DNA of 64,000 nucleotides, from NCBI RefSeq assembly GCF_001677475.2, contig NZ_CP015229.1; one strand, 5' to 3'. This document shows positions 1-13,704 of this stretch, piece by piece. The stretch is from Escherichia coli. GTDB lineage: Bacteria > Pseudomonadota > Gammaproteobacteria > Enterobacterales > Enterobacteriaceae. Below the pieces are notes generated by a model, which did no database searches, was not told where the DNA came from, and was given only the letters and a program-made list of their open reading frames with translations. The translations under genes were made by a program, and so were the position numbers. The stretch's first letter is position 1. Every line of letters starts with the position of its first letter.

Positions 1-53
1 CGGTCATTGTTATCTTTTAAATGTTGTCGTAATTTCAGGAAATTAACGGAATC

Positions 54-1610
54 ATGTTCATACGCGCTCCCAATTCTGGACGTAAGCTCCTGCTTACCTG
101 CATTGTTGCAGGCGTGATGATTGCGATACTGGTGAGCTGCCTTCAGTTTTTAGTGGCCTGGCATAAGCACGAAGTCAAATACGACACACTGATTACCGAC
201 GTACAAAAGTATCTCGATACCTATTTTGCCGACCTGAAATCCACTACTGACCGGCTCCAGCCGCTGACCTTAGATACCTGCCAGCAGGCTAACCCCGAAC
301 TGACCGCCCGCGCGGCGTTTAGCATGAATGTCCGAACGTTTGTGCTGGTGAAAGATAAAAAAACATTCTGCTCATCTGCGACCGGTGAGATGGACATTCC
401 ACTCAATGAATTGATTCCGGCGCTCGACATTAATAAAAACGTCGATATGGCGATCTTACCCGGCACGCCGATGGTGCCGAACAAACCCGCAATCGTCATC
501 TGGTATCGCAACCCTTTGCTGAAAAATAGCGGCGTCTTTGCCGCTCTGAATCTCAACCTGACGCCTTCTCTCTATTATAGTTCAAGGCAGGAAGATTACG
601 ATGGCGTCGCCCTCATTATTGGTAATACTGCGCTATCTACCTTTTCTTCACGTTTGATGAACGTTAATGAATTAACCGACTTGCCGGTCCGTGAAACTAA
701 AATTGCGGGCATTCCTCTGACCGTTCGGCTTTATGCAGATGACTGGACATGGAACGATGTGTGGTACGCATTTTTACTGGGCGGCATGAGTGGAACTGTC
801 GTTGGCCTGCTCTGCTATTACCTGATGAGCGTACGTATGCGCCCCGGCAGAGAAATCATGACCGCCATCAAGCGCGAACAATTTTACGTGGCGTATCAAC
901 CGGTGGTGGATACACAAGCTTTGCGAGTAACGGGCCTGGAAGTACTGCTACGCTGGCGGCATCCTGTCGCGGGAGAAATTCCCCCGGATGCCTTCATTAA
1001 CTTTGCCGAATCGCAAAAGATGATTGTGCCGCTGACTCAGCACCTGTTTGAGTTGATTGCCCGCGATGCCGCAGAATTAGAAAAAGTGCTGCCGGTAGGC
1101 GTCAAATTTGGTATTAACATTGCGCCGGACCATCTGCACAGCGAAAGCTTTAAAGCAGATATCCAGAAACTGCTCACTTCCCTGCCCTCACACCATTTCC
1201 AGATTGTGCTGGAAATTACCGAGCGCGATATGCTGAAAGAGCAAGAAGCCACACAACTCTTCGCCTGGCTACACTCGGTCGGCGTAGAAATTGCTATTGA
1301 TGACTTCGGTACCGGGCACAGCGCGCTTATCTACCTTGAGCGTTTTACGCTCGATTATCTGAAAATTGACCGTGGATTTATCAACGCCATCGGTACGGAA
1401 ACGATCACTTCACCCGTACTTGACGCGGTGCTGACGCTGGCGAAACGTCTCAATATGCTGACGGTTGCTGAAGGGGTCGAAACGCCGGAACAGGCGCGAT
1501 GGCTAAGCGAACGCGGCGTTAATTTCATGCAAGGCTACTGGATTAGTCGCCCGTTACCGCTGGACGATTTTGTTCGCTGGCTGAAGAATCCGTATACGCC
1601 GCAGTGGTAA
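54..1610 (+). CDS. pdeN: CSS-motif/EAL-domain c-di-GMP phosphodiesterase (Rtn/PdeN)
   Basis: 518-aa ORF; N-terminal TM segment, periplasmic CSS region, C-terminal EAL-type domain (EVLLRW motif); position upstream of yejA as in K-12. Confidence 0.88.
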   Translation: MFIRAPNSGRKLLLTCIVAGVMIAILVSCLQFLVAWHKHEVKYDTLITDVQKYLDTYFADLKSTTDRLQPLTLDTCQQANPELTARAAFSMNVRTFVLVKDKKTFCSSATGEMDIPLNELIPALDINKNVDMAILPGTPMVPNKPAIVIWYRNPLLKNSGVFAALNLNLTPSLYYSSRQEDYDGVALIIGNTALSTFSSRLMNVNELTDLPVRETKIAGIPLTVRLYADDWTWNDVWYAFLLGGMSGTVVGLLCYYLMSVRMRPGREIMTAIKREQFYVAYQPVVDTQALRVTGLEVLLRWRHPVAGEIPPDAFINFAESQKMIVPLTQHLFELIARDAAELEKVLPVGVKFGINIAPDHLHSESFKADIQKLLTSLPSHHFQIVLEITERDMLKEQEATQLFAWLHSVGVEIAIDDFGTGHSALIYLERFTLDYLKIDRGFINAIGTETITSPVLDAVLTLAKRLNMLTVAEGVETPEQARWLSERGVNFMQGYWISRPLPLDDFVRWLKNPYTPQW

Positions 1611-1691
1611 GGTGTGCTTACGTCCCTTATTATTCATAGTGAAAGCATGCCGGATTGCGGCTAATGATGAGTAAAAGGAAATCCGTTGCAG

Positions 1692-3506
1692 ATGATTGTG
1701 CGCATACTGCTGCTGTTTATCGCTCTGTTCACCTTTGGTGCGCAGGCGCAGGCTATCAAGGAAAGCTATGCCTTTGCCGTGCTGGGCGAACCCCGGTACG
1801 CGTTTAATTTCAACCATTTTGATTATGTGAACCCCGCCGCGCCAAAAGGTGGGCAGATAACGTTGTCAGCCCTCGGCACCTTCGATAATTTCAACCGCTA
1901 TGCACTGCGCGGCAACCCGGGCGCACGCACCGAGCAGCTGTACGACACGCTATTTACGACTTCCGATGACGAACCAGGCAGTTATTACCCGCTGATTGCT
2001 GAAAGCGCACGCTATGCTGACGATTATTCCTGGGTGGAGGTCGCTATTAATCCGCGCGCCCGTTTTCATGATGGTTCGCCCATTACTGCCCGCGATGTAG
2101 AGTTTACTTTTCAAAAATTTATGACCGAAGGCGTGCCGCAATTTCGTCTGGTCTACAAAGGCACCACCGTCAAAGCCATTGCGCCGTTAACCGTGCGCAT
2201 TGAGTTATCTAAACCCGGCAAAGAAGATATGCTGAGTCTGTTTTCGCTGCCGGTATTTCCAGAAAAGTACTGGAAAGATCACAAACTTAGCGACCCGCTC
2301 GCCACGCCTCCGCTTGCCAGTGGTCCGTACCGCATTACGTCCTGGAAAATGGGACAAAATATTGTCTATTCTCGCGTGAAAGATTACTGGGCAGCAAACT
2401 TACCGGTAAACCGTGGACGCTGGAATTTCGACACCATTCGCTACGATTATTACCTCGATGATAATGTCGCCTTTGAAGCGTTTAAAGCAGGTGCCTTTGA
2501 TTTGCGTATGGAAAACGACGCTAAAAACTGGGCCACGCGCTATACCGGTAAAAATTTCGATAAAAAATACATCATCAAAGATGAGCAAAAGAACGAATCA
2601 GCCCAGGATACGCGCTGGCTGGCGTTTAATATCCAACGTCCGGTATTCAGCGATCGCCGGGTGCGGGAAGCAATCACCCTCGCCTTTGACTTTGAATGGA
2701 TGAACAAGGCGTTGTTTTACAACGCCTGGAGTCGCACGAACAGTTATTTTCAGAATACCGAATACGCGGCCAGAAATTACCCCGACGCCGCGGAGTTGGT
2801 GCTTCTGGCACCAATGAAAAAAGATCTACCGCCAGAAGTCTTCACGCAAATCTACCAGCCGCCGGTATCCAAAGGCGATGGCTACGATCGTGACAACCTG
2901 TTAAAAGCCGACAAACTTCTCAACGAAGCGGGCTGGGTGCTGAAGGGTCAGCAACGCGTAAATGCCACAACGGGTCAGCCACTCAGCTTTGAATTATTGC
3001 TTCCCGCAAGCAGCAATAGTCAGTGGGTATTGCCGTTCCAGCACAGCCTGCAACGGCTGGGTATCAACATGGACATTCGCAAGGTGGATAACTCGCAAAT
3101 CACCAACCGCATGCGCAGTCGCGACTATGACATGATGCCGCGCGTATGGCGGGCGATGCCGTGGCCCAGTTCCGATTTACAGATTTCCTGGTCATCGGAA
3201 TATATCAATTCCACTTATAATGCCCCCGGCGTGCAAAGCCCGGTTATCGACTCGCTGATCAACCAAATTATTGCCGCGCAGGGAAATAAAGAAAAATTAC
3301 TGCCGTTAGGGCGAGCACTGGATCGCGTATTAACGTGGAATTATTACATGCTGCCAATGTGGTACATGGCGGAAGACCGTCTCGCCTGGTGGGATAAATT
3401 CTCCCAACCCGCTGTGCGCCCTGTTTACAGCCTGGGTATCGATACCTGGTGGTATGATGTTAATAAAGCGGCCAAACTGCCGTCAGCCAGACAACAGGGA
3501 GAGTAG
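1692..3506 (+). CDS. yejA: ABC transporter periplasmic substrate-binding protein YejA
   Basis: 604 aa from ATG 1692 (ORF track starts at TTG 1686); signal peptide ...FTFGAQAQA; first gene of yejABEF. Confidence 0.92.
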
Positions 3507-4601
3507 ATGGGCGCTTATCTGATTCGCCGACTGTTGCTGGTGATCCCAACGTTATGGGCGATTATCACTATCAACTTTTTCATCGTGCAAATTGCGCCTG
3601 GCGGTCCGGTCGACCAGGCCATCGCCGCCATTGAGTTTGGTAATGCCGGAGTATTACCCGGCGCAGGCGGTGAAGGTGTTCGCGCCAGCCATGCGCAAAC
3701 GGGCGTCGGCAATATCAGCGACAGTAATTACCGTGGTGGACGCGGATTAGATCCAGAAGTGATCGCCGAGATCACTCATCGCTACGGTTTCGATAAGCCG
3801 ATCCACGAACGTTACTTCAAAATGCTCTGGGACTATATCCGCTTTGATTTTGGTGATAGCCTTTTTCGCAGCGCCTCGGTGCTGACGCTGATTAAAGACA
3901 GTCTGCCGGTTTCCATCACCCTCGGATTATGGAGCACGCTGATTATCTATCTGGTGTCGATTCCGTTAGGCATTCGCAAAGCTGTTTATAATGGTAGTCG
4001 CTTTGACGTCTGGAGTAGCGCATTTATCATCATCGGCTACGCCATTCCGGCCTTTTTGTTTGCCATCCTGCTGATTGTCTTCTTCGCAGGCGGCAGCTAT
4101 TTCGACCTGTTCCCTCTACGCGGCCTTGTTTCCGCTAACTTTGATTCGCTGCCGTGGTATCAGAAAATTACCGATTATCTGTGGCATATCACGCTGCCGG
4201 TGCTGGCGACAGTGATTGGCGGCTTTGCGGCGCTGACCATGCTGACAAAAAACTCATTCCTTGATGAAGTGCGCAAGCAATACGTGGTGACCGCCCGTGC
4301 GAAAGGGGTAAGTGAAAAAAATATTCTCTGGAAACATGTGTTCCGCAACGCCATGCTGCTGGTGATTGCCGGTTTTCCGGCGACGTTTATCAGCATGTTT
4401 TTTACCGGCTCGCTGCTGATTGAGGTGATGTTTTCACTCAATGGTCTTGGCTTACTGGGCTACGAAGCGACCGTCTCGCGCGATTATCCTGTAATGTTTG
4501 GTACCTTGTATATTTTCACCCTGATTGGCCTGCTGCTGAATATTGTTAGTGATATCAGCTATACGCTGGTCGATCCGCGTATAGATTTTGAGGGACGTTA
4601 A
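3507..4601 (+). CDS. yejB: ABC transporter permease YejB
   Basis: 364 aa, multi-TM, ABC permease signature; stop overlaps yejE start. Confidence 0.94.
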
Positions 4602-5626
4602 TGTCGCGACTCAGCCCCGTCAATCAGGCCCGTTGGGCGCGTTTTCGTCATAACCGTCGCGGTTACTGGTCGTTATGGATTTTCCTCGTCTTGTTTGGTT
4701 TGAGTTTGTGTTCTGAACTTATCGCCAACGATAAACCGTTGCTGGTGCGTTATGACGGCAGCTGGTATTTCCCGTTGCTGAAAAACTACAGCGAAAGCGA
4801 TTTTGGCGGCCCGCTGGCAAGCCAGGCTGATTATCAGGACCCGTGGCTGAAACAGCGGTTGGAAAATAACGGCTGGGTACTGTGGGCACCGATTCGCTTT
4901 GGCGCTACCAGTATCAACTTTTCTACTGACAAGCCCTTCCCCTCCCCACCCTCCCGGCAAAACTGGCTGGGAACGGATGCCAATGGCGGCGATGTGCTGG
5001 CGCGCATTCTCTATGGCACGCGGATCTCAGTTCTGTTTGGCCTGATGCTGACCCTCTGCTCCAGCGTGATGGGCGTGCTGGCGGGGGCGCTACAAGGCTA
5101 TTACGGCGGTAAAGTCGATCTCTGGGGGCAACGTTTTATTGAAGTATGGTCGGGGATGCCGACGCTGTTTTTGATTATTTTACTTTCCAGCGTCGTACAG
5201 CCTAACTTCTGGTGGCTGTTGGCAATTACCGTCTTGTTTGGCTGGATGAGTCTGGTCGGTGTGGTGCGGGCGGAGTTTTTACGTACCCGTAATTTCGACT
5301 ACATCCGCGCGGCGCAGGCGCTTGGCGTCAGCGATCGCAGTATCATCCTGCGTCATATGTTGCCAAATGCCATGGTCGCTACCCTCACCTTTTTACCGTT
5401 TATTTTATGTAGTTCGATCACCACCCTGACCTCACTCGATTTCCTCGGCTTCGGTCTGCCGCTCGGTTCACCGTCACTCGGCGAACTGCTGTTACAAGGG
5501 AAAAATAACCTTCAGGCCCCGTGGCTTGGGATCACCGCCTTCTTGTCGGTGGCGATATTGTTGTCTTTGCTGATCTTTATTGGTGAAGCCGTCCGCGACG
5601 CATTTGATCCTAATAAGGCGGTGTAG
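4601..5626 (+). CDS. yejE: ABC transporter permease YejE
   Basis: 341 aa, multi-TM permease; operon context. Confidence 0.94.
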   Translation: MSRLSPVNQARWARFRHNRRGYWSLWIFLVLFGLSLCSELIANDKPLLVRYDGSWYFPLLKNYSESDFGGPLASQADYQDPWLKQRLENNGWVLWAPIRFGATSINFSTDKPFPSPPSRQNWLGTDANGGDVLARILYGTRISVLFGLMLTLCSSVMGVLAGALQGYYGGKVDLWGQRFIEVWSGMPTLFLIILLSSVVQPNFWWLLAITVLFGWMSLVGVVRAEFLRTRNFDYIRAAQALGVSDRSIILRHMLPNAMVATLTFLPFILCSSITTLTSLDFLGFGLPLGSPSLGELLLQGKNNLQAPWLGITAFLSVAILLSLLIFIGEAVRDAFDPNKAV

Positions 5627-5627
5627 C

Positions 5628-7217
5628 ATGACGCAAACTCTGTTAGCGATTGAAAATTTGTCGGTGGGTTTTCGCCATCAACAAACCGTACGTACAGTAG
5701 TCAATGATGTTTCACTACAGATTGAGGCTGGCGAAACGCTGGCGCTGGTGGGTGAGTCTGGTTCTGGCAAAAGCGTTACCGCGCTGTCAATTTTACGCCT
5801 GCTCCCTTCCCCGCCGGTTGAATATCTCTCCGGCGATATTCGTTTTCATGACGAATCGCTGCTTCATGCCAGCGACCAAACGTTGCGCGGTGTACGCGGT
5901 AATAAGATCGCCATGATTTTTCAGGAGCCGATGGTGTCATTAAATCCATTGCATACCCTGGAAAAACAGCTTTATGAAGTGCTTTCACTCCACCGCGGGA
6001 TGCGTCGGGAAGCGGCTCGTGGCGAAATTCTTAACTGCCTTGATCGCGTCGGTATCCGCCAGGCGGCAAAACGGCTGACAGATTATCCGCATCAGCTCTC
6101 CGGCGGCGAACGCCAGCGGGTGATGATTGCGATGGCGCTGTTAACGCGACCGGAATTATTAATTGCCGATGAACCGACCACCGCGCTGGACGTCTCTGTC
6201 CAGGCGCAGATTTTACAGCTGTTGCGCGAACTGCAAGGCGAGCTGAATATGGGTATGCTGTTTATTACTCATAACCTCAGCATTGTCAGAAAACTGGCCC
6301 ACCGCGTGGCGGTAATGCAAAACGGTCGCTGTGTCGAGCAAAATAACGCCGCTACGCTATTTGCCTCACCCACACATCCTTACACAAAAAAGCTACTCAA
6401 CAGTGAACCGTCAGGCGACCCGGTGCCATTGCCAGAACCTGCCTCAACGTTGCTAGATGTTGAACAGCTTCAGGTTGCCTTCCCCATTCGTAAAGGGATC
6501 TTGAAGCGCATTGTGGATCATAATGTGGTGGTGAAAAACATCAGTTTTACGCTACAGGCGGGTGAAACACTGGGTTTAGTAGGCGAGTCAGGTTCCGGGA
6601 AAAGCACGACGGGACTGGCGCTGCTGAGACTGATTAACTCTCAGGGCAGCATTATCTTTGACGGTCAGCCACTGCAAAATTTAAATCGCCGCCAGCTGTT
6701 ACCTATTCGTCATCGCATTCAGGTGGTATTTCAGGATCCAAACTCCTCGCTCAACCCACGACTCAACGTTTTGCAGATTATTGAGGAAGGCTTACGGGTT
6801 CACCAGCCGACGCTTTCTGCCGCACAACGCGAACAACAAGTGATAGCCGTGATGCATGAAGTGGGATTAGATCCTGAAACACGCCACCGTTATCCGGCGG
6901 AGTTCTCTGGTGGTCAGCGGCAACGTATTGCGATTGCCAGGGCGTTAATTCTTAAGCCCTCGCTGATCATTCTTGATGAACCAACATCATCGCTCGACAA
7001 AACGGTACAGGCGCAAATATTGACGCTATTGAAATCATTGCAACAAAAGCATCAATTGGCCTATTTGTTTATCAGTCACGATTTGCACGTTGTCCGCGCG
7101 TTATGTCATCAGGTTATCGTACTGCGACAAGGGGAAGTAGTGGAACAAGGACCGTGCGCGCGCGTGTTTGCCGCACCGCAGCAGGAGTATACGCGTCAGC
7201 TACTGGCGTTGAGCTGA
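5628..7217 (+). CDS. yejF: ABC transporter ATPase YejF (two ATP-binding domains)
   Basis: Two Walker A motifs (GESGSGKS twice) and two LSGG signatures; ATG at 5628 just after yejE stop. Confidence 0.94.
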   Translation: MTQTLLAIENLSVGFRHQQTVRTVVNDVSLQIEAGETLALVGESGSGKSVTALSILRLLPSPPVEYLSGDIRFHDESLLHASDQTLRGVRGNKIAMIFQEPMVSLNPLHTLEKQLYEVLSLHRGMRREAARGEILNCLDRVGIRQAAKRLTDYPHQLSGGERQRVMIAMALLTRPELLIADEPTTALDVSVQAQILQLLRELQGELNMGMLFITHNLSIVRKLAHRVAVMQNGRCVEQNNAATLFASPTHPYTKKLLNSEPSGDPVPLPEPASTLLDVEQLQVAFPIRKGILKRIVDHNVVVKNISFTLQAGETLGLVGESGSGKSTTGLALLRLINSQGSIIFDGQPLQNLNRRQLLPIRHRIQVVFQDPNSSLNPRLNVLQIIEEGLRVHQPTLSAAQREQQVIAVMHEVGLDPETRHRYPAEFSGGQRQRIAIARALILKPSLIILDEPTSSLDKTVQAQILTLLKSLQQKHQLAYLFISHDLHVVRALCHQVIVLRQGEVVEQGPCARVFAAPQQEYTRQLLALS

Positions 7218-7220
7218 CGC

Positions 7221-7565
7221 TTAAAAAGGATTGTAGTTTGAGAAGGGTTCGGCAATTGCCACACCAAAATTTTTCAATCGGCATGTTGCAGCAAACTCGT
7301 CCTGGCGATTTACAAACAGGCACGGCTCACCTTCACACTCCAGTACCGAGCATGGAACTTCGATGTCGCTTAACGCCTGGCTTAGTTTGTACATCACCGA
7401 CCATGCATTATCACCATCCGGGCTAAGCAATTTAAGCGCCACCAGGCTGTTGTCACCGCACGGTCCATTTTGCGGAATCGGTTCAACCTTCGAACCTGCG
7501 AAACCAGCAGACCAGCGATAGTTCTGCGGCAGTCGATGGACGATTGAGAGTTGTAATGAAGTCAC
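7221..7565 (-). CDS. yejG: uncharacterised protein YejG
   Basis: 114-aa ORF convergent with yejF; conserved position. Confidence 0.8.
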
Positions 7566-7897
7566 TTATTTTCCCCGGAAGCACATTTACTTCACAATTT
7601 GTTTACATCAATTTTAACACATCATCAACAATCCGTCTTTATACAGATCGTAAAGATTGATGCCTCGCCAGCGTGGCCTCTATGGCTCTGATTTAAATAA
7701 TATCTGCGGGCGTGGTCACGTTTGCGGGGCTATATGTACCCGTTTCTGCGATCTAACTCAACCTTTTTAACTACAATGATGTGACTTTTTACACAAATTG
7801 ATTTTACATAAAATAAACATATATCGGGGGAATGATGGATTTGTGGTTGACATGCATCAACAAAGGAAGCCTTTTAGCTTCCTCGTTGTGCAATAGA

Positions 7898-9088
7898 TCA
7901 CCGTTTTTTCGGCCGACTGGCGTACAGACAGAAGAGAATGGAGCTGGTTGCGCAGAATGCAATTGACCAAATCATCGGCCATGCAGAATTAAAGGTCGCA
8001 AGAGAAAGCAATGCGCCAACAATTGCCCCTATGCCAAAACGGAAGGTTCCTGCCAGCGAAGATGCCGTTCCCGCCATATGGGGAAACTCATCAAGAATGA
8101 CCGCCATCGCATTAGATGACACCATCGACACGCAGCCCACAAACGCCGCAACGCCAACCACCAGCGACCAGAATCCCAGCCCCAGCAGCGCACTGATGAC
8201 CATCCACGCCGCCATAATAAACTGTATCCACAACCCCGAGCGGAACATATTTAACGCGCCAATGCGGCGAACGAAGCGGCTGTTAAAGATGGTCATCACG
8301 AACAGGAAAACAATGTTTAGCGCAAAGTAATAACCAAAGTTTTCCGGCGCGACGTGGTTAATTTCAATGTAGACAAACGGTCCGGCGCTCAGGAACGAGA
8401 ACATTCCGGCAAAGCTGAAACCGCTGGCCAGCATATAACTCAGGACACGCTTATGACGGAACAGCGCCGCAAAGTTACCAATAGTGGTACGAATGTGAAA
8501 AGGCTGGCGACGCTCCGGTGGTAAGGTTTCTTTGATCAGAAAGAAGATCATTGCCGAAGCCAGAATCGCCGCCACGGCGAGGATCCAGAAGATGTAATGC
8601 CAGCTCAGCCACACCAGCACCCAACCGCCAACTATCGGTGCCATCAGCGGTGCAATGGTCGTCACCAGCATGACAAACGACATCATCCGGGAGAACTCTT
8701 CTTTCGGGTAGATATCACGCATTAAAGCGTTGATAACCACGCTGGCCGCAGCCGCAGCCAGACCGTGGAAGAAACGCATCACAATCAGCTGATCGATGGT
8801 TTGTGCCAGCGCACACGCCACCGCGGCGGCGGCAAACACCAGCGTACCGCCAAGAACCACCGGCTTACGCCCGAAGCTGTCTGCCATCGGCCCGTAGATT
8901 AACTGCCCCAACGCAAAGCCCAGAATATAAGTACTGAGGGTCATCTGCGTACTGCCCGCCGATACGCCAAATTGCGCTGAAATTACCGGTAGCGCGGGCA
9001 GATACATATCAATCGACAGCGGCATCAACATGGCCAGCAGGCCAAGGATAAAAACAATAGCAAACGACGAATGCTGTCGGGTGGTCAC
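7898..9088 (-). CDS. bcr: MFS efflux transporter Bcr (bicyclomycin/multidrug)
   Basis: 396 aa, 12-TM MFS pattern, N-terminus [21 protein letters not shown]. Confidence 0.94.
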   Translation of the reverse strand: MTTRQHSSFAIVFILGLLAMLMPLSIDMYLPALPVISAQFGVSAGSTQMTLSTYILGFALGQLIYGPMADSFGRKPVVLGGTLVFAAAAVACALAQTIDQLIVMRFFHGLAAAAASVVINALMRDIYPKEEFSRMMSFVMLVTTIAPLMAPIVGGWVLVWLSWHYIFWILAVAAILASAMIFFLIKETLPPERRQPFHIRTTIGNFAALFRHKRVLSYMLASGFSFAGMFSFLSAGPFVYIEINHVAPENFGYYFALNIVFLFVMTIFNSRFVRRIGALNMFRSGLWIQFIMAAWMVISALLGLGFWSLVVGVAAFVGCVSMVSSNAMAVILDEFPHMAGTASSLAGTFRFGIGAIVGALLSLATFNSAWPMIWSIAFCATSSILFCLYASRPKKR

Positions 9089-9115
9089 AACGGGCTCCTG
9101 AAAGTCATTGAAAAG

Positions 9116-9811
9116 TTAGACGACGCTGGCAATTTCTTCTTCAGTTAACGGACGATATTCACCGGGTGCTAAATCAGCATCCAGCGTAATGCCGCCAATA
9201 CGTTCACGATGCAGCTCAACCACGTGGTTACCCACGGCGGCGAACATGCGTTTCACCTGATGATAACGCCCTTCGCTGATGGTCAGACGAACCTGCGTTG
9301 GGGTAATCACTTCCAGCACCGCCGGCTTAGTGAGATCTTTTTCGTTATGCAGCTGCACGCCTTTAGCAAATTGCTCTGCCGTATCGTCAGCTACGGGGGA
9401 TTCCAGCGTCACCAGATAGGTCTTCTCGCAATGATGGCGCGGAGAAGTAATGCGGTGCGACCACTGACCATCATCTGTCATCAGCACCAGACCGGTGGTA
9501 TCGATATCCAGACGCCCTGCGGCGTGCAGTTTCCACGCTACCGGTTCATCCAGAAAATAGAGCACCGTTGGGTGATCCGGGTCGTCCGTGGAGCAAACAT
9601 AGCCCTGAGGCTTATTGAGCATGAAGTAACGTGGGCCGTGTTGCTGCGCCAGCGGGTTGCCATCGTAAGCGACATCATGTTCAGGAAGCAGTTTGAACGC
9701 TGCATTACGGACGATTTCGCCATCAACGGTGACACGATTGCCGCGGATTTCACGCCCGGCAATAGCACGGCTAACGCCGAGTTGCTGTGCGATAAATTTA
9801 TCAAGTCGCAT
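9116..9811 (-). CDS. rsuA: 16S rRNA pseudouridine(516) synthase RsuA
   Basis: 231 aa from internal ATG ([15 protein letters not shown]...); S4 domain plus pseudouridine synthase core; ORF track extends to 9907 but the known N-terminus begins here. Confidence 0.88.
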
Positions 9812-9960
9812 GTGTGTGATTTTGCCTGTAAAAAACGGAGGTCGGGTAAAGACCCGAAAATCTGAACTGTTGTCTGCCCAGTATAGCGGTCTAATAACTT
9901 CCCTCAAGGGAAAAAGATCCGTGGCATACTATTAGCAGAATAATCTACCTACGCGAGACC

Positions 9961-11721
9961 ATGATTTTTACACTCCGTCCATATCAGCAAGAAGCCGTGG
10001 ATGCCACGCTCAACCATTTTCGTCGCCATAAAACCCCTGCCGTTATCGTGCTGCCCACCGGTGCAGGTAAAAGCCTGGTGATAGCGGAACTGGCGCGGCT
10101 GGCTCGTGGTCGCGTGCTGGTGCTGGCACACGTTAAAGAACTGGTGGCGCAAAACCATGCAAAATATCAGGCGCTGGGGCTGGAAGCCGATATTTTTGCC
10201 GCCGGGCTAAAGCGCAAAGAGAGCCACGGTAAAGTGGTATTTGGCAGCGTGCAGTCGGTCGCCCGTAATCTTGATGCCTTTCAGGGCGAATTTTCGCTGT
10301 TGATTGTCGATGAATGCCACCGTATTGGTGACGATGAAGAGAGCCAGTATCAGCAAATCCTCACTCACCTGACCAAAGTGAATCCCCACTTACGCCTGCT
10401 GGGGCTGACTGCCACGCCTTTTCGACTGGGCAAAGGCTGGATTTATCAGTTCCATTATCACGGCATGGTACGCGGGGATGAGAAAGCCCTTTTCCGTGAC
10501 TGCATTTATGAGCTGCCGCTGCGTTATATGATTAAACACGGCTATCTGACGCCGCCAGAACGGCTGGATATGCCGGTAGTGCAATACGATTTCAGCCGCT
10601 TGCAGGCACAGAGTAACGGGCTGTTCAGCGAAGCCGATCTCAACCGCGAGCTGAAAAAACAGCAACGCATTACCCCGCACATCATCAGCCAGATCATGGA
10701 GTTTGCCGCAACGCGCAAAGGAGTGATGATTTTCGCCGCCACCGTTGAACACGCCAAGGAGATAGTGGGACTGCTGCCTGCCGAAGATGCAGCACTGATT
10801 ACTGGCGACACACCCGGCGCTGAGCGCGATGTGTTGATTGAAGATTTTAAAGCCCAGCGTTTTCGCTATCTGGTCAACGTCGCGGTACTGACCACCGGAT
10901 TTGACGCCCCACACGTCGATCTTATTGCTATTCTGCGCCCTACCGAATCGGTGAGTCTTTACCAACAAATTGTCGGGCGCGGTCTGCGTCTGGCTCCAGG
11001 CAAGACTGATTGCTTAATTCTTGATTATGCGGGTAATCCTCACGATCTCTACGCGCCGGAGGTCGGTACACCAAAAGGCAAAAGTGACAACGTCCCGGTA
11101 CAGGTTTTCTGCCCTGCCTGCGGTTTTGCCAACACCTTTTGGGGGAAAACGACCGCTGACGGGACATTGATTGAACACTTTGGTCGTCGTTGTCAGGGAT
11201 GGTTTGAAGATGACGACGGTCATCGAGAACAGTGTGACTTCCGTTTCCGTTTTAAAAATTGCCCGCAATGTAACGCAGAAAATGATATTGCCGCCCGCCG
11301 CTGCCGCGAATGTGACACCATACTGGTTGATCCAGACGACATGTTAAAAGCGGCGCTACGACTGAAAGACGCGCTGGTATTACGCTGTAGCGGTATGTCT
11401 TTGCAGCATGGGCACGATGAGAAAGGCGAATGGTTGAAAATTACCTATTACGATGAAGACGGCGCGGATGTGAGTGAGCGTTTCCGTCTACAAACGCCCG
11501 CCCAGCGTACCGCCTTCGAACAACTTTTTATCCGTCCGCATACGCGCACACCGGGCATCCCTCTGCGCTGGATCACCGCTGCCGATATCCTCGCCCAGCA
11601 AGCCTTATTGCGACACCCGGATTTTGTCGTCGCCCGCATGAAAGGCCAGTACTGGCAAGTGCGTGAAAAAGTGTTCGATTACGAAGGTCGTTTTCGTCGG
11701 GCGCACGAATTACGCGGTTAA
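9961..11721 (+). CDS. radD: SF2 DNA repair helicase RadD (YejH)
   Basis: 586 aa; Walker [13 protein letters not shown] box, C-terminal Zn-finger-like Cys cluster. Confidence 0.92.
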   Translation: MIFTLRPYQQEAVDATLNHFRRHKTPAVIVLPTGAGKSLVIAELARLARGRVLVLAHVKELVAQNHAKYQALGLEADIFAAGLKRKESHGKVVFGSVQSVARNLDAFQGEFSLLIVDECHRIGDDEESQYQQILTHLTKVNPHLRLLGLTATPFRLGKGWIYQFHYHGMVRGDEKALFRDCIYELPLRYMIKHGYLTPPERLDMPVVQYDFSRLQAQSNGLFSEADLNRELKKQQRITPHIISQIMEFAATRKGVMIFAATVEHAKEIVGLLPAEDAALITGDTPGAERDVLIEDFKAQRFRYLVNVAVLTTGFDAPHVDLIAILRPTESVSLYQQIVGRGLRLAPGKTDCLILDYAGNPHDLYAPEVGTPKGKSDNVPVQVFCPACGFANTFWGKTTADGTLIEHFGRRCQGWFEDDDGHREQCDFRFRFKNCPQCNAENDIAARRCRECDTILVDPDDMLKAALRLKDALVLRCSGMSLQHGHDEKGEWLKITYYDEDGADVSERFRLQTPAQRTAFEQLFIRPHTRTPGIPLRWITAADILAQQALLRHPDFVVARMKGQYWQVREKVFDYEGRFRRAHELRG

Positions 11722-11737
11722 TGGTAGTTTTGATTGA

Positions 11738-12130
<393 letters not shown>

Positions 12131-12146
12131 TTGCTGAATAAGTTGT

Positions 12147-12175
12147 AAAAAACCCCGCTCCGGCGGGGTTTTTTG
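12147..12175 (+). terminator. rho-independent terminator after rplY
   Basis: CCCCGC-TCCG-GCGGGG hairpin followed by T6. Confidence 0.85.
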
Positions 12176-12268
12176 TATCTGCAGATTATACCTGATTACG
12201 GTATTGCTATTTTTTGCAGGCCAGATAAGGCGTTCACGCCGCATCTGGCATTCATAACACAAAACCGA

Positions 12269-13276
12269 TTAATTGCCGCCGGACGTCCGGCGCTGCAATT
12301 GATCGCGCAGGTTCGGCGGCGTGCCTTTAATGGTCAGGGTATCGGTCGCCGGATCCCAGAAGATGCGTTCACCTAAAAGCATCGCATCAAAGTTAATAGT
12401 CAAGCCACCGCCGCTACCGGCAAACTTCGTCAACTGACGCAGTGTGCTACGGTCTGCCGGGAAGCTCTCTTCCAGTTCGTAGCCTTTTTCAGCCGCAAAC
12501 TCCGTGAAGCTCACTTCGCTGACGCCTGCCAGCTCTTTCGACAGCGATTCCAGTTCAATCTCTTCACCTGCCTGCAGCTGCTCATTACAGTAGCTATAAA
12601 CCTGCTGGCGCACGTTCTGTCGCTCTGCTTTATCCAGTTGTGCTTCGGCAGTGAAATCATCGACCGCTTGCAATAGTCCACGGTTTTGCGCTTTCGCGTT
12701 CAACCCTTCGCTGGCACCGAGGAAATCCATAAAGAAATCCGCCACTTTGCGCCCTACTCGTCCTTTCAGGAAAGTGAGATAGCGGGTCGACTCTGGATTG
12801 GTTTCCCATTCGGTTAAATCGATACGCGCAACAATATCCGCATGATTGATATCAAGATAATGGGTTGGGTTGATGTCGAGATTTTCGTTAACGCGCATAC
12901 TGCTCAGGTTGCTCAGAACTGCCACCAGCAAATACTCCACCGCCAGATAGCGATAGTGGCAAAACAGCACGAATCCACCGTCAGCAAAAGGATATTTCGC
13001 TAATTCGTCACGCAGGCGACCGGTTGCCGCGCGGCTAAATGCCAGAAAGTCCTCTTCGCCCTGACGCTGTAAGCGCAGCGTCTGCGCCAGTTCACTCTCT
13101 TCGCTAAACAAGCCGTAAGCTTTATTTTTGGCGCTATAGACCCGATGCAGTTCTGCCACCATCTCAACGACGGTTTCCGTCGGTTCCAGCAATGAATCGC
13201 GCAACACCAGCTCAAGGTTCTGCTCATCACGCTTGATAAGCTGGTGCAGAGCAATCTGGTTGATATCCAGACTCAT
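12269..13276 (-). CDS. yejK: nucleoid-associated protein YejK (NdpA)
   Basis: 335 aa, N-terminus [19 protein letters not shown]. Confidence 0.93.
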
Positions 13277-13457
13277 GATAAACTCTCCTTTAAGACCGGG
13301 CGGTATTCAACCACCGCCGGTTAAGCGACGCAATAAAAGATGGCGGTCATTTTACAGAAGGCGGCGTAACGAGAATGATTTAACGCATAAAAAAGCAGAA
13401 AAAAAACCGTTGCTACGGTAATATGTTGCCCTTTCATCAACTAACTGATTTCGATTT

Positions 13458-13685
13458 ATGCCACAAATTTCCCGCTACAGTGATGAACAGGTTGAACAAT
13501 TGCTCGCAGAGCTGCTCAACGTACTGGAAAAACATAAGGCTCCGACCGACCTTTCCCTGATGGTGTTAGGCAACATGGTCACTAACCTTATCAACACCAG
13601 CATTGCCCCGGCCCAACGCCAGGCAATTGCCAACTCTTTTGCCCGCGCCTTACAGTCCTCTATCAACGAAGACAAAGCGCACTAA
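13458..13685 (+). CDS. yejL: UPF0352 protein YejL
   Basis: 75-aa ORF upstream of yejM, conserved context. Confidence 0.88.
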
Positions 13686-13704
13686 GGGAAACAGATAACA
13701 GGTT

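Noticed and set aside
9116-9907. Long 263-aa form of rsuA from the ORF track
   Set aside because: The known RsuA N-terminus ([13 protein letters not shown]...) starts at the internal ATG (9811); the upstream extension has no SD and runs into the rsuA-radD divergent promoter region.
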